A stretch of 64,000 nt of DNA from Mytilus trossulus (lineage: Eukaryota): positions 81,282,001 to 81,346,000 of the forward strand of contig NC_086373.1 in the NCBI RefSeq assembly GCF_036588685.1, written 5' to 3'. Shown here in pieces: positions 1 to 14,638 of this stretch (position 1 is its first letter; every line of letters begins with the position of its first letter). The notes under the pieces are model-generated. The model did no database searches, was not told where the DNA came from, and saw only the letters and a list, made by a program, of their open reading frames with translations. The translations under genes were made by a program, and so were the position numbers.

Positions 1-141
1 TTTCACGGGCAACTTCTAGTTGAGTTTTAAATAAATGTGCACCCCATTTAAAAAAGCTCTGACTTATAATATTGTTCTCTACTGACTAACTGCATTCGAT
101 ACCCCCCCCCCTTTTTTATCGTACTTTTGTTCATTACTAAC

Positions 142-1231
142 CTGAACTACTGGATTTGATAGATACATCGACCCATCCCTGAGCACTATCAAAGCTCTGA
201 ATATGTTTGATATCATCTTTCTCATGTTTTCTGCAATTACAAAAAATATATTCATATTAAAATGCAGGTATTTTCACATTTATTTTTAAGTGAAAGTCAA
301 GTTTCATAATTGATCAGCTGTTAACATGGTAAAGATGGCCTTATACATTTAAGGATGTTACCTTGTTTTCGACAATTTATCAGATATTCTAAATCCTCTT
401 TTTTTTCATGACAAGTCTTTATAAATTTTGCCCGCTTACGCCTACTTTTCTATATATAATATCATTACATATAGTACATTGTGTTTTTGTATATAGACAG
501 GCACTTGTTTCTGTCAATGTGTGGTCTACTATCTATACCTGTACGAAAAATCACTGATTTACATAGACATACTAGAATGATGGTTTCAAGAGGAGGTCCT
601 GGTAACTAGTTAACTATAGAAAATATTTTTCTCTATAACAGATTTTACTCACTTGAATTTCTCTTCTAACTTTTTGTATCTGTTTCTTTCAATCTCAATC
701 TCTGCTCTTAATCTATCCAATGATTCTTTGTCTTTATAACCATTGAGTTCACTTACTGAATAATAAATCATGGTATTCACAGGGAAGAAAAAAAGACTAT
801 AAATATCGACAGTTAACACAGTTATGTTAAGTTATAAAGTACAATGTTTCTTCTTTATTTCATTTTTAAGCTTTCGGTGATATTATGTCATTTAAAAGCC
901 TATGTAGTTTGTTAAAAATTTTAGCAGCTCAAAAAATGTTATATGCAGACATCTATTACTTGCATTGCAGAGAACTTATCAATAAATTTCTCTCCAGATT
1001 TTTAATCATTGGTTGGCATAAAATAAATATAAGAAACATTCTGATTCTGAAAAATCTATCTTTTTTTATGTATTGGCAAAATACATCCAAAAAGAATTGA
1101 TCTAAACAAAAAATAACCAATCTAACACCCAACTTACCAAGGCCTTGATTTTCTATGGTAACTGTAACAAGCTGTTCTTCTAAATGTTTCAGGTGCTCTT
1201 CATATACTTCATAGCTGCTAGCATCCATTTT
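142..1231 (-). CDS. GRAMD4: GRAM domain-containing protein 4-like, 5' coding exons (gene continues off the left edge)
   Basis: Phase-compatible GT-AG exons 1231-1138, 755-653 and 230-142 give KMDASSYEVYEEHLKHLEEQLVTVTIENQGLVSELNGYKDKESLDRLRAEIEIERNRYKKLEEKFKKHEKDDIKHIQSFDSAQGWVDVSIKSSSS. The coiled coil aligns without gaps to the remembered N-terminal coiled coil of vertebrate GRAMD4. A possible upstream exon ends ATG|gtaag at 1551-1549. The GRAM domain itself is not in the window. Confidence 0.6.
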
Positions 1232-1704
1232 CTGAAAATGTTTATACTGATAACTGTAGTGAAACAATAGAGTAGAATATTAACTAACTTTTACATTATA
1301 TATACAACAATCTCCAAAACAGAGCTTTTAATTTTTATAACATCTTCCATTTTTTTGTTGATATTTATAAAAATATAAAAGTAACTAGTTACAGAAATAG
1401 TCAATTAAAAATGTTCTTCACAAAATTTGTCTGCCAAAAAACATTCCATCACCTAAAGAATGATGTCTGATAGATTTTCTCTGATTTATAAAATCCAAAA
1501 GGTAAACACTTTTATCTTTTATTATATGTAAAATTAGTTGTGTCTTACCATTTTGTTGTCCTACAGCATGAACAACCTACTCAGAGCACATCACCTTCAT
1601 ACATATTAAATTGGCAATGGGCCATATGGTATGTTAGACAATAACTTGAATTAGTCAACTATACTTCTTGACCTTGATTGCATACAATGTCACATCCTTT
1701 AACA

Positions 1705-1819
1705 TAGCTGTGGAACCGTAGCTCATAGGCCTGATGTTAATATTTTACTATTTGCGACCTATGGTCTGCAAATAGTAAAAAAATAACATAAGGACCTATG
1801 AGCTACGGTTACGCAACTA
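1705..1819. mobile_element. Palindromic MITE with TAG..CTA ends and 9-bp TSD (AcademH-like non-autonomous)
   Basis: Imperfect hairpin (tagctgtggaaccgtagctcatagg...cctatgagctacggttacgcaacta) flanked by cctttaaca at 1696-1704 and 1820-1828. Confidence 0.75.
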
Positions 1820-2009
1820 CCTTTAACATTATGCTACAACAAGTTCAGCATTTATTTGTGAAAACATTTTACCCTTTTACAGCTGTTTTAGGAAATGACT
1901 TTTTATAAGTATGTTGTTGTCAATTTTTATGAGAAATAAGTTTAATGCTTATATGATAAACAGAAAACATTGATCATCTACATGTACATGTCAATGTATA
2001 TTCAATGAC

Positions 2010-3260
2010 GAACATAAACATGGTTTCCGTAGTGGCCATTCCTGCGAAAGTCAACTTCTAATTACTATGCATGACATCATGAAATTATTTGATGCCAAGA
2101 AGCAAATTGATTTAATCATACTGGACTTTAGTAAGGCATTTGACACTGTGCCTCATCGAAAACTCCTACACAAATTAAAGAACTATGGAATTGATGGTAA
2201 TACAAATGCATGGATTAAATCATTCCTAATGCAACGCCACCAGCGAGTTATCGTCGAAGGGGAATTTTCTTCATCTTGTTCCGTCGACTCAGGGGTGCCC
2301 CAAGGAACTATCCTCAGTCCTCTTCTTTTTCTATGTCATATTAATGACTTGCCATTACGTGTAAAATCACAAGTACGTCTGTTTGCTGACGACTGCCTCC
2401 TATATAATACCATCGAGACACCACAGGACCAACTTTAAATACAGGAAGACCTAGATTCACTTGAAACTGGGCAAAGGACTGGGGTATGCGTTTTAATGCC
2501 AGTAAATGTATGTCATCTCAATTCACCGTAGCAGGTCCGCGCTCACATACAGTTACACACTAAGTAACCACACATTAGAGCAGGTCAATGAAAATCCATA
2601 CTTAGGTGTAATTATTAGTGACAATTTGAAATGGTCATCACACATAAACAAATTCTGCAACAAAGCCAATTCTACACTTGGGTTCATTAGACGGAACCTT
2701 AAACACTGCAACAAACATTTTAAGGAAACTGCCTACATCTCACTAGTTCTATCAGTCTTAGATTACTCAGGCACTGTATGGGACCCATACCTACAAAAAG
2801 ACATAAATCGCATAGAGAACATACAAAGAAGAGCAGCTAGATTTGTTTTCAAAGACTATAGACGTACTAGTAGTGTCACCTCCATGATGAAGGACCTTGG
2901 ATGGAAACCTCTTGATGAACGAAGACGAGAACAACGACTGGTACTACTTTATAAAATAGTTAACGACCTGGTAGCCATCCCCACTGAACATCATATCGAA
3001 TTTAATACTAGACCGTCCAGAACTTCTAACGTCAAACAAATAAAACTTTAAAAAATACTGACATTTATAAACATTCTTTTTTTTCCACAAACTATCATTG
3101 ATTGGAACTTACTACCAAATGCTACTGTGAACTGTAAAACTGTGGAAAGTTTTAAGGCAGTTATATCGCGCGACTAGATACCTCAGTGGTGCACACACAT
3201 TTCCTGGATAAGTTTTACTCAGTATTTTGAGAACATTTCCAGTACTCTACAGATACAGAT
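2010..3260 (+). mobile_element. 5'-truncated, decayed non-LTR retrotransposon (LINE) reverse transcriptase
   Basis: RT motifs HGFR..SCESQL, LDFSKAFDTVPH, SGVPQGTILSP, LFADDC, YLGV and IQRRAARFV in ORFs 2067-2438 and 2506-3051, broken by a stop and a frameshift. The 3' end is cagatacagat. Confidence 0.9.
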
Positions 3261-3344
3261 GTACAGTTTGAAAATTCATTGTTTAGATTTTTCAGGTGAC
3301 CTGCTGATTGGTAATCAAACTTACTTTTCAGAATACTGTCAGAC

Positions 3345-3474
3345 TAGTCCAAATAATTATGACGTCTGGCAAGGCTATTTTAATTTTTTTCTGGGACGCC
3401 TTCCTACGACTTTAGGAAGGCGTCCCAGAAAAAAAATAAAATAGCCGTCCCAGACGTCATAATTATTTGGACTA
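3345..3474. mobile_element. 130-bp palindromic MITE with TAG..CTA ends and 9-bp TSD (AcademH-like)
   Basis: TIR tagtccaaataattatgacgtctgg; TSD ctgtcagac at 3336-3344 and 3475-3483. Confidence 0.85.
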
Positions 3475-3759
3475 CTGTCAGACCAGAGTGCAGAATAAAA
3501 TAAAATATAAACTTTCTTTTTGTGACTCAAATTCAATAGAAAGGCATTTAGATTGTTAAAATTGGTATTTTCCTTCTTAATAAATACATTGTCAGGAACA
3601 TGTGATTTTGTTTACAAAATACTGTCGACTGGTACTCTTATAATTTGTTTCTCCTCTGATATCTCAACTAAAATACTGAAATATATTGGTAACCAGATTA
3701 GGGTGATCTTAAAAATAGGCGCAATATCGGTTATGAATCCGGAAAATTAACACGTAAAA

Positions 3760-4200
3760 CGTAAAAACACAAAAAAACTGAACTCCGAGGAAAATTCAAA
3801 AGGGAAAGTCCAAAATCAAAAGGTAAAATCAAAAGTCCAAACACATCAAACGAATAGATAACAACTGTCATATTTCTGACTTGGTACAGGCATTTTATAA
3901 TGTAGAAAATGGTGGATTGAACCTGGTTTTACAGCTAGCTAAACCTCTCACTTATATGACAGTTGCATCAAATTCCATTACATTGTCAACGATGCATGAA
4001 CAAAACAAACATACTCAAAGAGTAAAAATGTCAAAAATAGGGTTACAGAAGTCAATATTGTATTATCATCTTAATCACTATAAAAACAACAAATGTAACG
4101 AAGAAGCACAAAAAGGCATACATCAAATTTAACATACTCATTTTGCTTATCTTATACGACTTTATTTATCTATGTAAAGTCTACCCGTAAAGGATGGGAG
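3760..4200. repeat. Dispersed repeat fragment
   Basis: The segment ataacaactgtcatatt..tggtacagg..tgaacctggtttt..aaacctc recurs in degenerate form at about 25140-25250. Confidence 0.45.
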
Positions 4201-4247
4201 GTAAACTCGCACACCAATATATAAACGGTAAAGATGTCATATAATAA

Positions 4248-5540
4248 AACAAGAGTGTACATGCTGAAACGTCTCGCCTTCTTTACTAACCACTGAAATT
4301 GTCTTGATATCCCTTATTAGAAAGCTTTACTACAACTTTTACATAAACTTACCATGATCCAAAAAAATGAGGTCAAGGTCATATAAATAAAACGAGAAAT
4401 ACATGTACACCTTACAATCATTCAATGCACTAAATATAGTTGATAGCTTATAGTTTCTAAGAAACAGACTTAACCAAGAAAATGAAACATTGACCAATGT
4501 ACCATGAAAATGAGGTCGATCAAGGTCAGATGAATAATGCCAAGCAGACATGTACAGCTTAGATATAGTGTTGACCTAATGCTTATAGTTTGAGAAAAAC
4601 ATACCAAAACACAAAAACTTTACACTGAGCAAAATGATGAACCATGAAAAAAGGAGTCAAGTTCAAATAAAACCAGCCAGACTGTCGTATAAAAAGAAAA
4701 TGTTGTATGATTGCCAATAAGACAACTGTCCACAAGAGACAAAAATGACACAGACATTAACAACTAAAGGTCACCGTACGGCCTTCAACAATGAACAAAG
4801 CCATACCGCATAATCAGCTATAAAAGGCCCCGATATGAAAATGTGAAACAATTCAAACGAGAAAACTAACGGCATTATTTGTATAAAAAATTAACGAAAA
4901 ACAAATATGTAACACAAAAACAAACGACAACCACTGAATTACATGCTCCTTACATAAATAATGTGTTGGGGTTAAACATGTTGCCATGTACATCATAAAA
5001 TATTTCAATACACCAAATAAAGTTGACCTATTGCATATAGTTTTAGAAAAAAAACCACTCAAAAACTAAACTTTGACCACTGTACCATGAAAATGAGGTC
5101 AAGGTCATATGAAAACTGCTGGTTGGACATGTACACCTTACAATCGTTCCATACACCAAATACACTAGACCCATTGCTTATAGTATCTGAGATATTGACC
5201 ACTTGTTCATTGATCCATGAACTGAGGTCAATGTTAAGTGAACACTGTCTGACGGGCATGATGACCTTGCAAGGTACGCACAAACCAAATAAAGTTATCC
5301 TAATACTCATAATAAGAGAGAAATTAACATTAAAAAAATATTGACTTTTTTTCAAGTTGTCGATGAACCACGAAAATGAGGTCAAGGACAATTGACCTGT
5401 AACAGACGGAAATTTTGTAACATAAGGCATTTATATACAAGTATGAAGCATCCAGGTTTTCAACCTTCTAAAATATAAAACTTTGAAGAAGTTAGCTAAC
5501 GCCAGATCACTATCTCAATGTCGAGATTTCTGCACCAGAT
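4248..5540 (+). mobile_element. Helentron/HINE (pearl-like) non-autonomous element with a nested dispersed repeat (about 4690-4980)
   Basis: Starts aacaagag. Internal repeats of ccatgaaaatgaggtcaaggtca; 3' hairpin tgtcgag..ctcgaca. Related pieces lie at about 38950-39330, 50430-50820 and 52200-52300. Confidence 0.55.
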
Positions 5541-6269
5541 GTTGCAGGCTCGACAGAAATCATGTTCTCAACAAAGAGTTGTACTATTCAAATCAGTACA
5601 AATCCATCGGTTTAGGATAAGCACTACATAAACTGTTTGAAAAAGCATGACCTTGTACGATCTTATACAACACCAAAATGTAAGTACAAAAATATTACAT
5701 TGTATCGATAGAGCAATAAGTTTAAACTGTTTAAGCAATACATATTTAGCAGTTCTTCATCTTTATGTTTTTTCTGTGGTCCATTAAATTTCATGGTAGA
5801 TCAAGGTAATGTTACTGCTGTATAGTTAATAAATATTGGCAAAAAATGCCAAAAATGATTTAACCATTCCATTGTTCCAGTTTTAATCTTGATCAATCTT
5901 ATAGGAACATTGTATAACTCTATCAAGATACTTTACAAGAAAGGCGAAAGACACCAAAGAGGCATTTAATTTCAAACTGACATCGCAATTTCCAAACAAT
6001 ACCATCTTGACAAACCTGTTTATAACTATATCAAAGATATAATAGTCACTGTGGCTAAATGGCTTTAGAGTCAGGTATAGGTTTTGCTGGTGCGTTGTAA
6101 TACATTGTATGTTTTTGGCAATTCCTGTTACCCTTTGCATGTGCAATGTATAATATCCCGATGCTATCGCTACTTGAAATGACATTGTTGTTTTTTATTT
6201 GGTAACTAGTTGAAACCATCCGTCCAAGGTCTCAATATACATAGAGATATTTACAAGGACAAAGCATCT

Positions 6270-7978
6270 CAGCATCTGATGCAGACCTCAAAATAAATAG
6301 AAAGGTAAGCAAAAACATTCCAGCTCAGCAACTTATCCAAACCTAAATATAGTAAATATACATAGAAAGGTTGACAAAGTCATACCAGCACATCAACTGA
6401 TTTAGACCTTCATATAAATAGAAAGGTTGACAAGGTCATATTATATATAAACTGACCAGCACATCAACTGATCCCGATCGAAATATAGGTGGAAAGGTTG
6501 ACAAGGACATACCAACACATCAACTGATTCAGACATCAATATACAAAGAAAGGTTGACAAGGACATACCAATCCATAAACTGATTTAGATCTCAATATAA
6601 ATAGAAAGGTTGACATGGTTAATATACCAACACATCAACTGATTCAGATCTCAATAAACCTAGAAAGGTTGCAAAGACATACCAGCACATCAACTGATTC
6701 ATATCTCAATATACATAGAAAGGTTGAAAAGGACATACCAGCACATCAACTGATCCAGATCTCAATATACATTGAAAGATTGGAAGGACATCGCATTCCA
6801 GCAACTGACCAAGACCTAAATATAAATAGAGGTTGGCAAGGACATTCACGCTCAGCAACTGATCCAGGACTAAATATACATAGAAAGGTCGGCAAGGTCA
6901 TACCAGCAAGGCAACTGATTCACACCTCCATTTAAATAGAAAGGTTGACAAGGTCATACCAGCACATAAACTGATCCAGACCTCCATATAAATAGAAAGG
7001 TTGAAAAGGTCACAACAGCACAGCAACTGATCCAGACCTCAATATACATAGAAGGGTTGGAAGGACATCGCATTCCAGAAACTGATCCAGATCTAAATAT
7101 AAATAGAGAGGTTGAAGAACATTCACGCTCAGCAACTGACCCAGGACTAAATATACACAAAGGTTGGCAAGGTCATACCAGCAGGGCAACTGATCCAGAC
7201 TTCAATATACAAAGGAAGGTTGACAAGGTCATACCAGCACATCAACGGATCAAGACCTAAATATATATAGAAAGGTTGACAAGGTCATACCAGCACACAA
7301 ACGGATCCAGATCTCAATATACCTTGAAAGGTTAACAAGATCATACCAGTACATCAACTGATCCAGATCTTAATATACATAGAAAGATTGACAAGGACTT
7401 AGTAGCACATCAACTGATTCAGACCTCCATTTAAATAGAAAGGTTGACAAGGTCATACCAGCACATCAACTGATTTAGACCTCAATATACATAGAAAGAT
7501 TGACAAGGACTTAGTAGCACATCAACTGATTCAGACCTCCATTTAAATAGAAAGGTTGACAAGGTCATACCAGCACATCAACTGATCCAGACCTCCATAT
7601 AAATAGAAAGGTTGAAAAGGTCATACCAGCACATTAATTGATCCAGACATCAATATACCTTGAAAGGTTGACAAGGTCATACCAGTACATCAACTGATCC
7701 AGATCTCAATATTGCTTAAAAGGTTGACAAGGTCATACCAGTACATCAACTGATCCAGACCTCATTATAACTAGAAAGGTTGACAAGGTCATACCAGTAC
7801 ATCAACTGATCCAGACCTCCATATAAATAGAAAGGTTGACAAGGTCATACCAGTACATCAACTGATCCAGACCTCCATATAAATAGAAAGGTTGACAAGG
7901 TCAGTACATCTACTGATCCAGATCTTAATATACATAGAAAGGTTGACAAGGTCATACCAGTTCAGCAACTGATTCAGA
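6270..7978. repeat. 56-bp tandem repeat array, about 30 copies
   Basis: Unit agaaaggttgacaaggtcataccagyacatcaactgatccagacctccatataaat; period measured from 7773 to 7829. Confidence 0.92.
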
Positions 7979-10916
7979 ATACAGAATACTCTTATACAAC
8001 TGCATACCAAATATCTTTGACTCTCTACTAGTGGTTCACTCTATACTAGACCTAATCACACACTAATACATTGTTGCCGCCGTCGCTGTCATCATAGTCA
8101 TTGTCGCAGAAGCCAGAAACAGCATACCTATGTCTCACTTTTTGACTCCATCAAGCAAAACAAAAAGTCATGTCATATTAAGATATTCATTGTTATTTAT
8201 TTTGGTACAAAATAACAAGCAAAAACTTTGGATATTTGAAGCTTTTGCTTTTCCTTTTTTTGTTTCATCTTTTTTGTTTTCCAGTTTACCCTAGTTCTGG
8301 TGATGCAGTTTAATGCACTTGATTATCTTTTCCATTTTAGAAGTGATCTGGATCGATTAACAGGATGGCTGAACTTTGCCAACTTTTTTTTAATTAAGTA
8401 GCAATATTTACAAAATGTGAATGGACTGATCTAACAATCAAGTTAAATTAACTTTATTTTGATACCTTTTTACTACATACTTATCCAGCAGTGAAATTTA
8501 CAATGACTGAAAGAAGTATTGGCTGTGCTCATTGTTGAAGGCTGTACAATGACCTATAGTTGTTAATTTCTGTATGATTTTGTCTCTTGTGAAGTGTTGT
8601 CTCATTGGCAATCATACTGCATCTTCTTTTCTATATTGACTGAAAGCTATGTTTCAAATATTAAAAAAATTCTTTCCCATTTATAAAAAACCTTTTATTA
8701 AAAATATCACAAAAACACATTATTATGACAATATATAACAATAATTCATCATAAAACATGTACTTTTTTAATAGAACTTATTTCCTTTTTGTAAGGAAAA
8801 TGATCTTTAAATCATAAAGTGACATTAAAATCGCCAACACAAATCTGTAGGATATATGTTGAGATCATATAAAACAATTATAGTCTAACAGTAGCCTTTA
8901 TCTCTAACCTGACTGTCATTGGAAGGGGCAGATCTTGTTGGAGGAACGGTAGACTTTACCTGTTTTAACCATGTTTAAAGGTTTATGGTACCATTATATT
9001 GAAATTCAAAAGTTATTGTTGCTGGGGTAATTTTTAAATTATCATTCAAAAGAAAGATATCAGGAATTGACATAAGATTCTAAGATTTACCAAAAGATAT
9101 TCATAAAATCATGAAGACATCAATCATGTCAATATTTAAATTAATCTACTTTTCAATATTCCAAATTTCTGCTCTATAATAAAATGCCTACATCCAACAT
9201 CTGCATTGTTCACATTCATATATCATAAATATCAACAAAGATTTGACACAAACCCACAAGTATATATCACAAGATTGTTAAATATCAATGGCTTAGTCTT
9301 TAGACTTGTTCTTTTGGCCATCTAAAACAAAATCGCACAGTTGATAAATATAACAAGCTAATACTCTCACTGATATATGTAAAACACCAAATAAACATAT
9401 GCACTTAATATAAATGGTATATAAACTGTATCTTTTCAATTATATATCATGTGAAAAGTAACAAAAATAACATAACATTGAGCACTTGTACTGATATGAA
9501 ACCTTTGTAACAATTAAAATGTTACTTCACAGCTTCCTTAAATCATTTTCATAGAAAATAGAATTTAAAGGCCTGTACATCAGAACTGGTCATGATTGTT
9601 ACATGTATGTTATCAATACATTTAAGGGACACAAATAAAAGTGCAAAGGATAAATAAATAAAGAGTTCAGCACCATTTGTTCTATTTTATCTTAAACTTT
9701 TATGTAATGAAGAAAAACTTCAATGTACACGTATTGAATAAGTTACACAAAACATTCTACTATCATGACTATTCTATGTACACTATGTCCATGATGTCAA
9801 TGAATGTGTATCCCATCATGTATGCATATATATATATATAGTCGTTATGATTTTAGTATAAAATAAAGATAAATATTATTATATTTCCATTCTTTCATAA
9901 GTAAATTAAAACTGAGCATAAATATAACATGGCTTGGAAAATCCTATTTTGGAATTAAGCAATATACATGTAATCATGATTTTTTTTTTAAATCTTTCAC
10001 TATCTGCCTGTATCTAGAAACTGATCACTTAAAAATTATGTATTTCACTTTGTTGATAAGTTATTGTTTCACTGGTGAATATATAATAAGAGCAAGTTGT
10101 AATTATTAACACATTTTCAAAGGGTGTTACAATTTTATAATTTAACATTAAAATAACTGTGATTGTTTATTAAATTAACATGCTGTATTTTAATGATATT
10201 CATGAGCAAATATATATCATATATAATATGTACAATATCTTATTGTTTTTTAATAGTATTGATTATACAGTCTCTCATAAATCTTTTAAGATTGGCACAT
10301 ACGATGTGAATTTAAAGTTTGTTGTTATACATGTCTGTTTTATGTACCTGTATGAATATTTTATTGTGTAAATTTATGTAATTGTATGTGGGGAGACTTT
10401 CATAAAATATTGAATCTGAATCTGCTTCAACCTTGCATTTAGCCGTGTCCTCTTTGGCATAAAGCTGTAAATAAGGACACCAAATTGGGTTAGAAGTCCT
10501 CAAAATATCTTTTGGTGATTGTTATAAATTTTAGTGACTTAGATTGTAGCATGAAGTCATATGGCATTTATAAGCTAATTTATATACCTCATGCACCTCC
10601 TTTGTTCTAATGAAACACATATTTGGTATATAAACTTAGGAAATAATTTATTATGCTGTTCAAACCATTAATCTGTTTCTCTTACAGTAACAAAAATTTT
10701 CAAAATCATGATTTGATGGGTTTTACTGATAAATTGTCATTATACATCTTTTCTGTTTAGGTAACATAGTTAGCAGACACTAAACATTTGCAAATATTTA
10801 ATTTCCCTATCCAAATTTGGTGCAAGAAAAATTCTTGATAAATAATGGGTGATTATTAACAAACATTGATAATTCCTAATGTACATGAAAGTCATTATGG
10901 CACATAAAAATTACAG

Positions 10917-13900
10917 CTATGATCTTATCAATTTAAAACCATGTCCAGTATCAATTTGTTTTGGAGGAAGCCACTTCATTCTCTTCCTTTTTAAACACCT
11001 TGTTAGACATTGACAACAGAAACAAAGGCTCCCTGCACCACCAATATTCACAGCTTTTATCAAAGGTTTCATACATCTTGGGAAGCTGCTATCCCAATGA
11101 TTATATATCTCATCTACAGTTGGTAAATGGAATGTGAAATCTGTCCAACATTTAGAAACTTTATATACTGCTTTTACTGTCCTCTCTTTTGCTGACCAAC
11201 CAGGAAATATTTCTGCCTCAGCATTAAAATGTACATAATCTTGTGTAAAAGTGCCAACCTGAGCACAATTACCAAATTCTATGTCCTTGGGTTTCTGGAA
11301 TGTACATGTTTGTATTGCAACATATTCTCCCCAAACTCTTTGTACATCTTTAGCCCACATATAGGAATGTGTAGTATCAAGAATTAAGATTAATCTGGTC
11401 CCTAATCCAGAATTTTTAGATGCCCACCATTCTAGTAGAGTCTCCAGTTTCAAACCACTATTATCTGTAATAAATTTATATAAAGATATGTTTAACAAGA
11501 GGCTGTCACAACGACAGCAAACCGGATTTATTAACATTTATTTGTGTCCTGGCAATATCACAAGAACCATTACTAATGATTAGTGGAAGTGAAAATCGTC
11601 CATATCAAATTTGACCTCCATTTTGTCATAAGTATCAACATATTAAAATTTGAAAAGCTTAGATTGAATGGTTCATGCGTAAATGCATTATTGAACTTGT
11701 CTACTATTTTTTCATCAGTAACAACATATTAAAATTTAGGAAGCTTTGGTAAAACAGTTCATGCGTAAATGCACAGACACGACTGGAAACTCCATTTTTC
11801 AATCTTTCAAGAACCATAACTCCTGAACGGTAAAAGTCAAAATGGCCATTATTGAACTTGACCTTCATTTAATTGTCAGTAACAACATATTAAAATTTTA
11901 AAAGCTTTGGTTGAATGGTTCATGAGTTAATGCACGGACAACATTTGATTGCCGCCCGCCCGGCCGCCCACCAAGCATCCCCAAATCAATAACCGACATT
12001 TTTGTCACAAAAGTCTGGTTAAAACATAAGCAATTTCTATCTTACATTTTGCTCATCTTATTTCTATGGTATGATTGCAAAAAGCAATATTTTAATAAAG
12101 CTAATGGTATCACATCATCATTGATAAACAAACCTCAACATATTTTCATTATATACATGTATACACTTGATAATAATGATCTAGATGGAAATTTTAGATG
12201 ATTTCATTTCTAAAAGATTAACCCCACAAAATAATGTATTGATAAGTGATATCCTTACATGTATTGTCTCTTATTCTTACTACTTGTCACAGTAATGGTT
12301 TATTAATCGACATATTTCAAACTTACCAGATAAAGCCCATTCACCATTTTCATATACATCTCCACTGAAATACAAGATATAAGAGTCATACTTTGGTCCG
12401 TCTGACATTCTTCTGTCAAAGAAGGCCTTTAATTTAGACTCTAAATAGTCAATAGCTAGCCCACTTGTTGAGTAATCACAGCCGTAGTTGTCTATCATGT
12501 GATAGTTGAAGAAAGAACTGACTTTGTTCAAAGTGGTTGTAGCCCTTGTCCCCATATCTTGCATTGCCTCTTGTGACATAATATTTACTCTTGATCCCCT
12601 CCTGAAATAAATCAAAATGGTACAATAAAATGTAGGTACAATGTACATGTAGGCTTATTATTCCTCATATACTAGTATGTGAAAAGCTACAGTAATAAAA
12701 ATAAAAACAGAAACAAATAATGCATTCATTCAAACAGCAAATCTTTGATTAAAAATATCATTCTTTCATACATGTATATCTGTTTATTAAATAACAATTG
12801 TCTATTGTTGAATATAATGAAAGTTGACAGACCACTTATCAAAAAATCATAAGCAGCAGATACTCTGAACCATTCTATGACCCTCTCATATCAACTGTTG
12901 TTGCGCTATAGTGTTTTAAAATTACTAAACATGAGAAAAATATGATCTCAATTATTTAAATCCTTATAAAGTCATATCCTAATTAGTTAAGTCTTGATGG
13001 TAACGTATCTTCAATGTACATGTAGACAGTTGGAACTTAATTCTCTGCTTAAATTAGCAGACAGCAAATAAAAGTGCAATGCATCCATGTGACATTTCAA
13101 AGTTTATAGTTTTAATCTTAATGTATTCAGGTTGTATGGTTTGATTAGTGTTTAAATCCATTTGCAAATATTACATGCATATGATTATCAAAATGAGAAC
13201 ATGATAACATAGTATGAATATGAACTTGTTTGTACTAGACAGATATAAATGTACTGATCCAGATTTTTAACATGGTACAAATGTACATGTACATTGTAGT
13301 TACACAAAGCAGTAGGGTACAAAAACAAAAACTTCAAAAAGACACAGCAACTCTTATAATAGACATATCATAACTACAGAAATTATCTTACTTATGACCA
13401 GTTACAGGAGCAATAACTGCATAGCCTGTTGCTGTGCCACCAAGATTATCACCAAGGTACCAGAACAAACTCAGTGTCATACATTCTATTGGTACTACCA
13501 GTAATATCATTCCTAAACTGTATGGCTTATCCTTTCCAGTTTCCCATCCTAATCCTCCAAGTAGAACTGTAGTCAACAAAGTTATACAGATGAGTCTTTG
13601 TGAGATCAAACTGAAATGGCGTACTCCTTTTGAAGCCATTATTCTGCTCATATTCTTACGCTCATCAGTCAAGCTATTATATGTAAGATTGCATTCAGTG
13701 ATTTTGGACATAAGTTTCCAGCATGTTATAAAATATGTCAAATGAAAACATAGCCAGATACAGGCAAAGAAAACAGTTAAAGGTACAACAATGTACCACT
13801 CTTTGTGATTGGCTGACAGTTTACCAATCACAGCACCTGTTGCAATGTTAAAGGCAAATACAGCAAGAACGAATATGTATCTTAAATATTTTGAAAGATT

Positions 13901-14638
13901 AAAAAATCCTTGCCATCTTTGCAGTGTTGTTAAACCAGAAAAATATAAATCAATGAATGGTTCAAAGGAATGTCTTGCTGCGAAACAGGCTAGTCCATAA
14001 AAGTTTCCCGACAATTCAACCTGCTGAAAAATTACAAAAACAGAAAGACACACCATTGCTATAAAACTCAGTAATCCTAGGAATGATTTTAGTCTAATAG
14101 ATGCTAAATGTACATTAAATGCAAGCACCAAAAGTGAAAAAGATAAGGCATCTTTTCCTGTTACAAGTGTTGAGATCATTAATCCAATACTTTCTAAAAT
14201 TTGTACTGTTGTAAACATCTTTGCTTCGTGTTTTACTAAATGTAACATCCTCTCTAACAGATTCCAACACCATGTTAATACAGCACTTGTTACTAACAAA
14301 ACATTTGTCACTTCTTGCGACATTACAAACGCAATCTCTTTTTGATCTGCAAATATAATTATGCCGAGGATACATCCTAGCCATATATGCAATAATGTCT
14401 GTCCAATGAGTTCAAAATTAAAATAATATCGCAAAGCACAGGAGACTGCAAAAACGAAAAATCCCAGTATTGCAAATCCTAGAATAACATTGTTCTGTGT
14501 GAACTGCCATTGTGTGTACAGTCCCAACCCTAATGCTACAACTAATACTACACTAGGCAAATATCTCAGGTAAGTCAGATTAGCTTTTGCTTTGCGGTCA
14601 ACCATGTCCTCCCCTTTGGCAACTTCTGTCTCCATCAT
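10917..14638 (-). CDS. TMEM168: Transmembrane protein 168, 3 coding exons, 689 aa
   Basis: Exons 14638-13392, 12601-12327 and 11464-10917, GT-AG and phase-compatible, 2070 nt. Multi-TM N-half. Hallmark motifs RIMASKGVRHFSLIS, YGCDYSTSG, YDSYILYFSG, LLEWW, RLILILDT, WTDFTFHLPT and C-terminal DTGHGFKLIRS. A 5'UTR acceptor lies at 14684-14685. Confidence 0.95.
11494..12025 (+). mobile_element. HINE/pearl-like non-autonomous element in a TMEM168 intron
   Basis: aacaagaggctgtcac start, degenerate internal repeats (caacatattaaaattt..aagctt..ttcatg), gccc microsatellite, 3' hairpin aaccga..tggtt followed by an A-run. Confidence 0.55.

Noticed and set aside
6270-7978. CRISPR-like array or coding repeat (ORFs 6615-7260)
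   Set aside because: Contiguous 56-bp units with no unique spacers; the period is not a multiple of 3; eukaryotic context.
13434-14384. Short overlapping ORFs within the TMEM168 exon
   Set aside because: Antisense or alternative-frame shadows of the real CDS.
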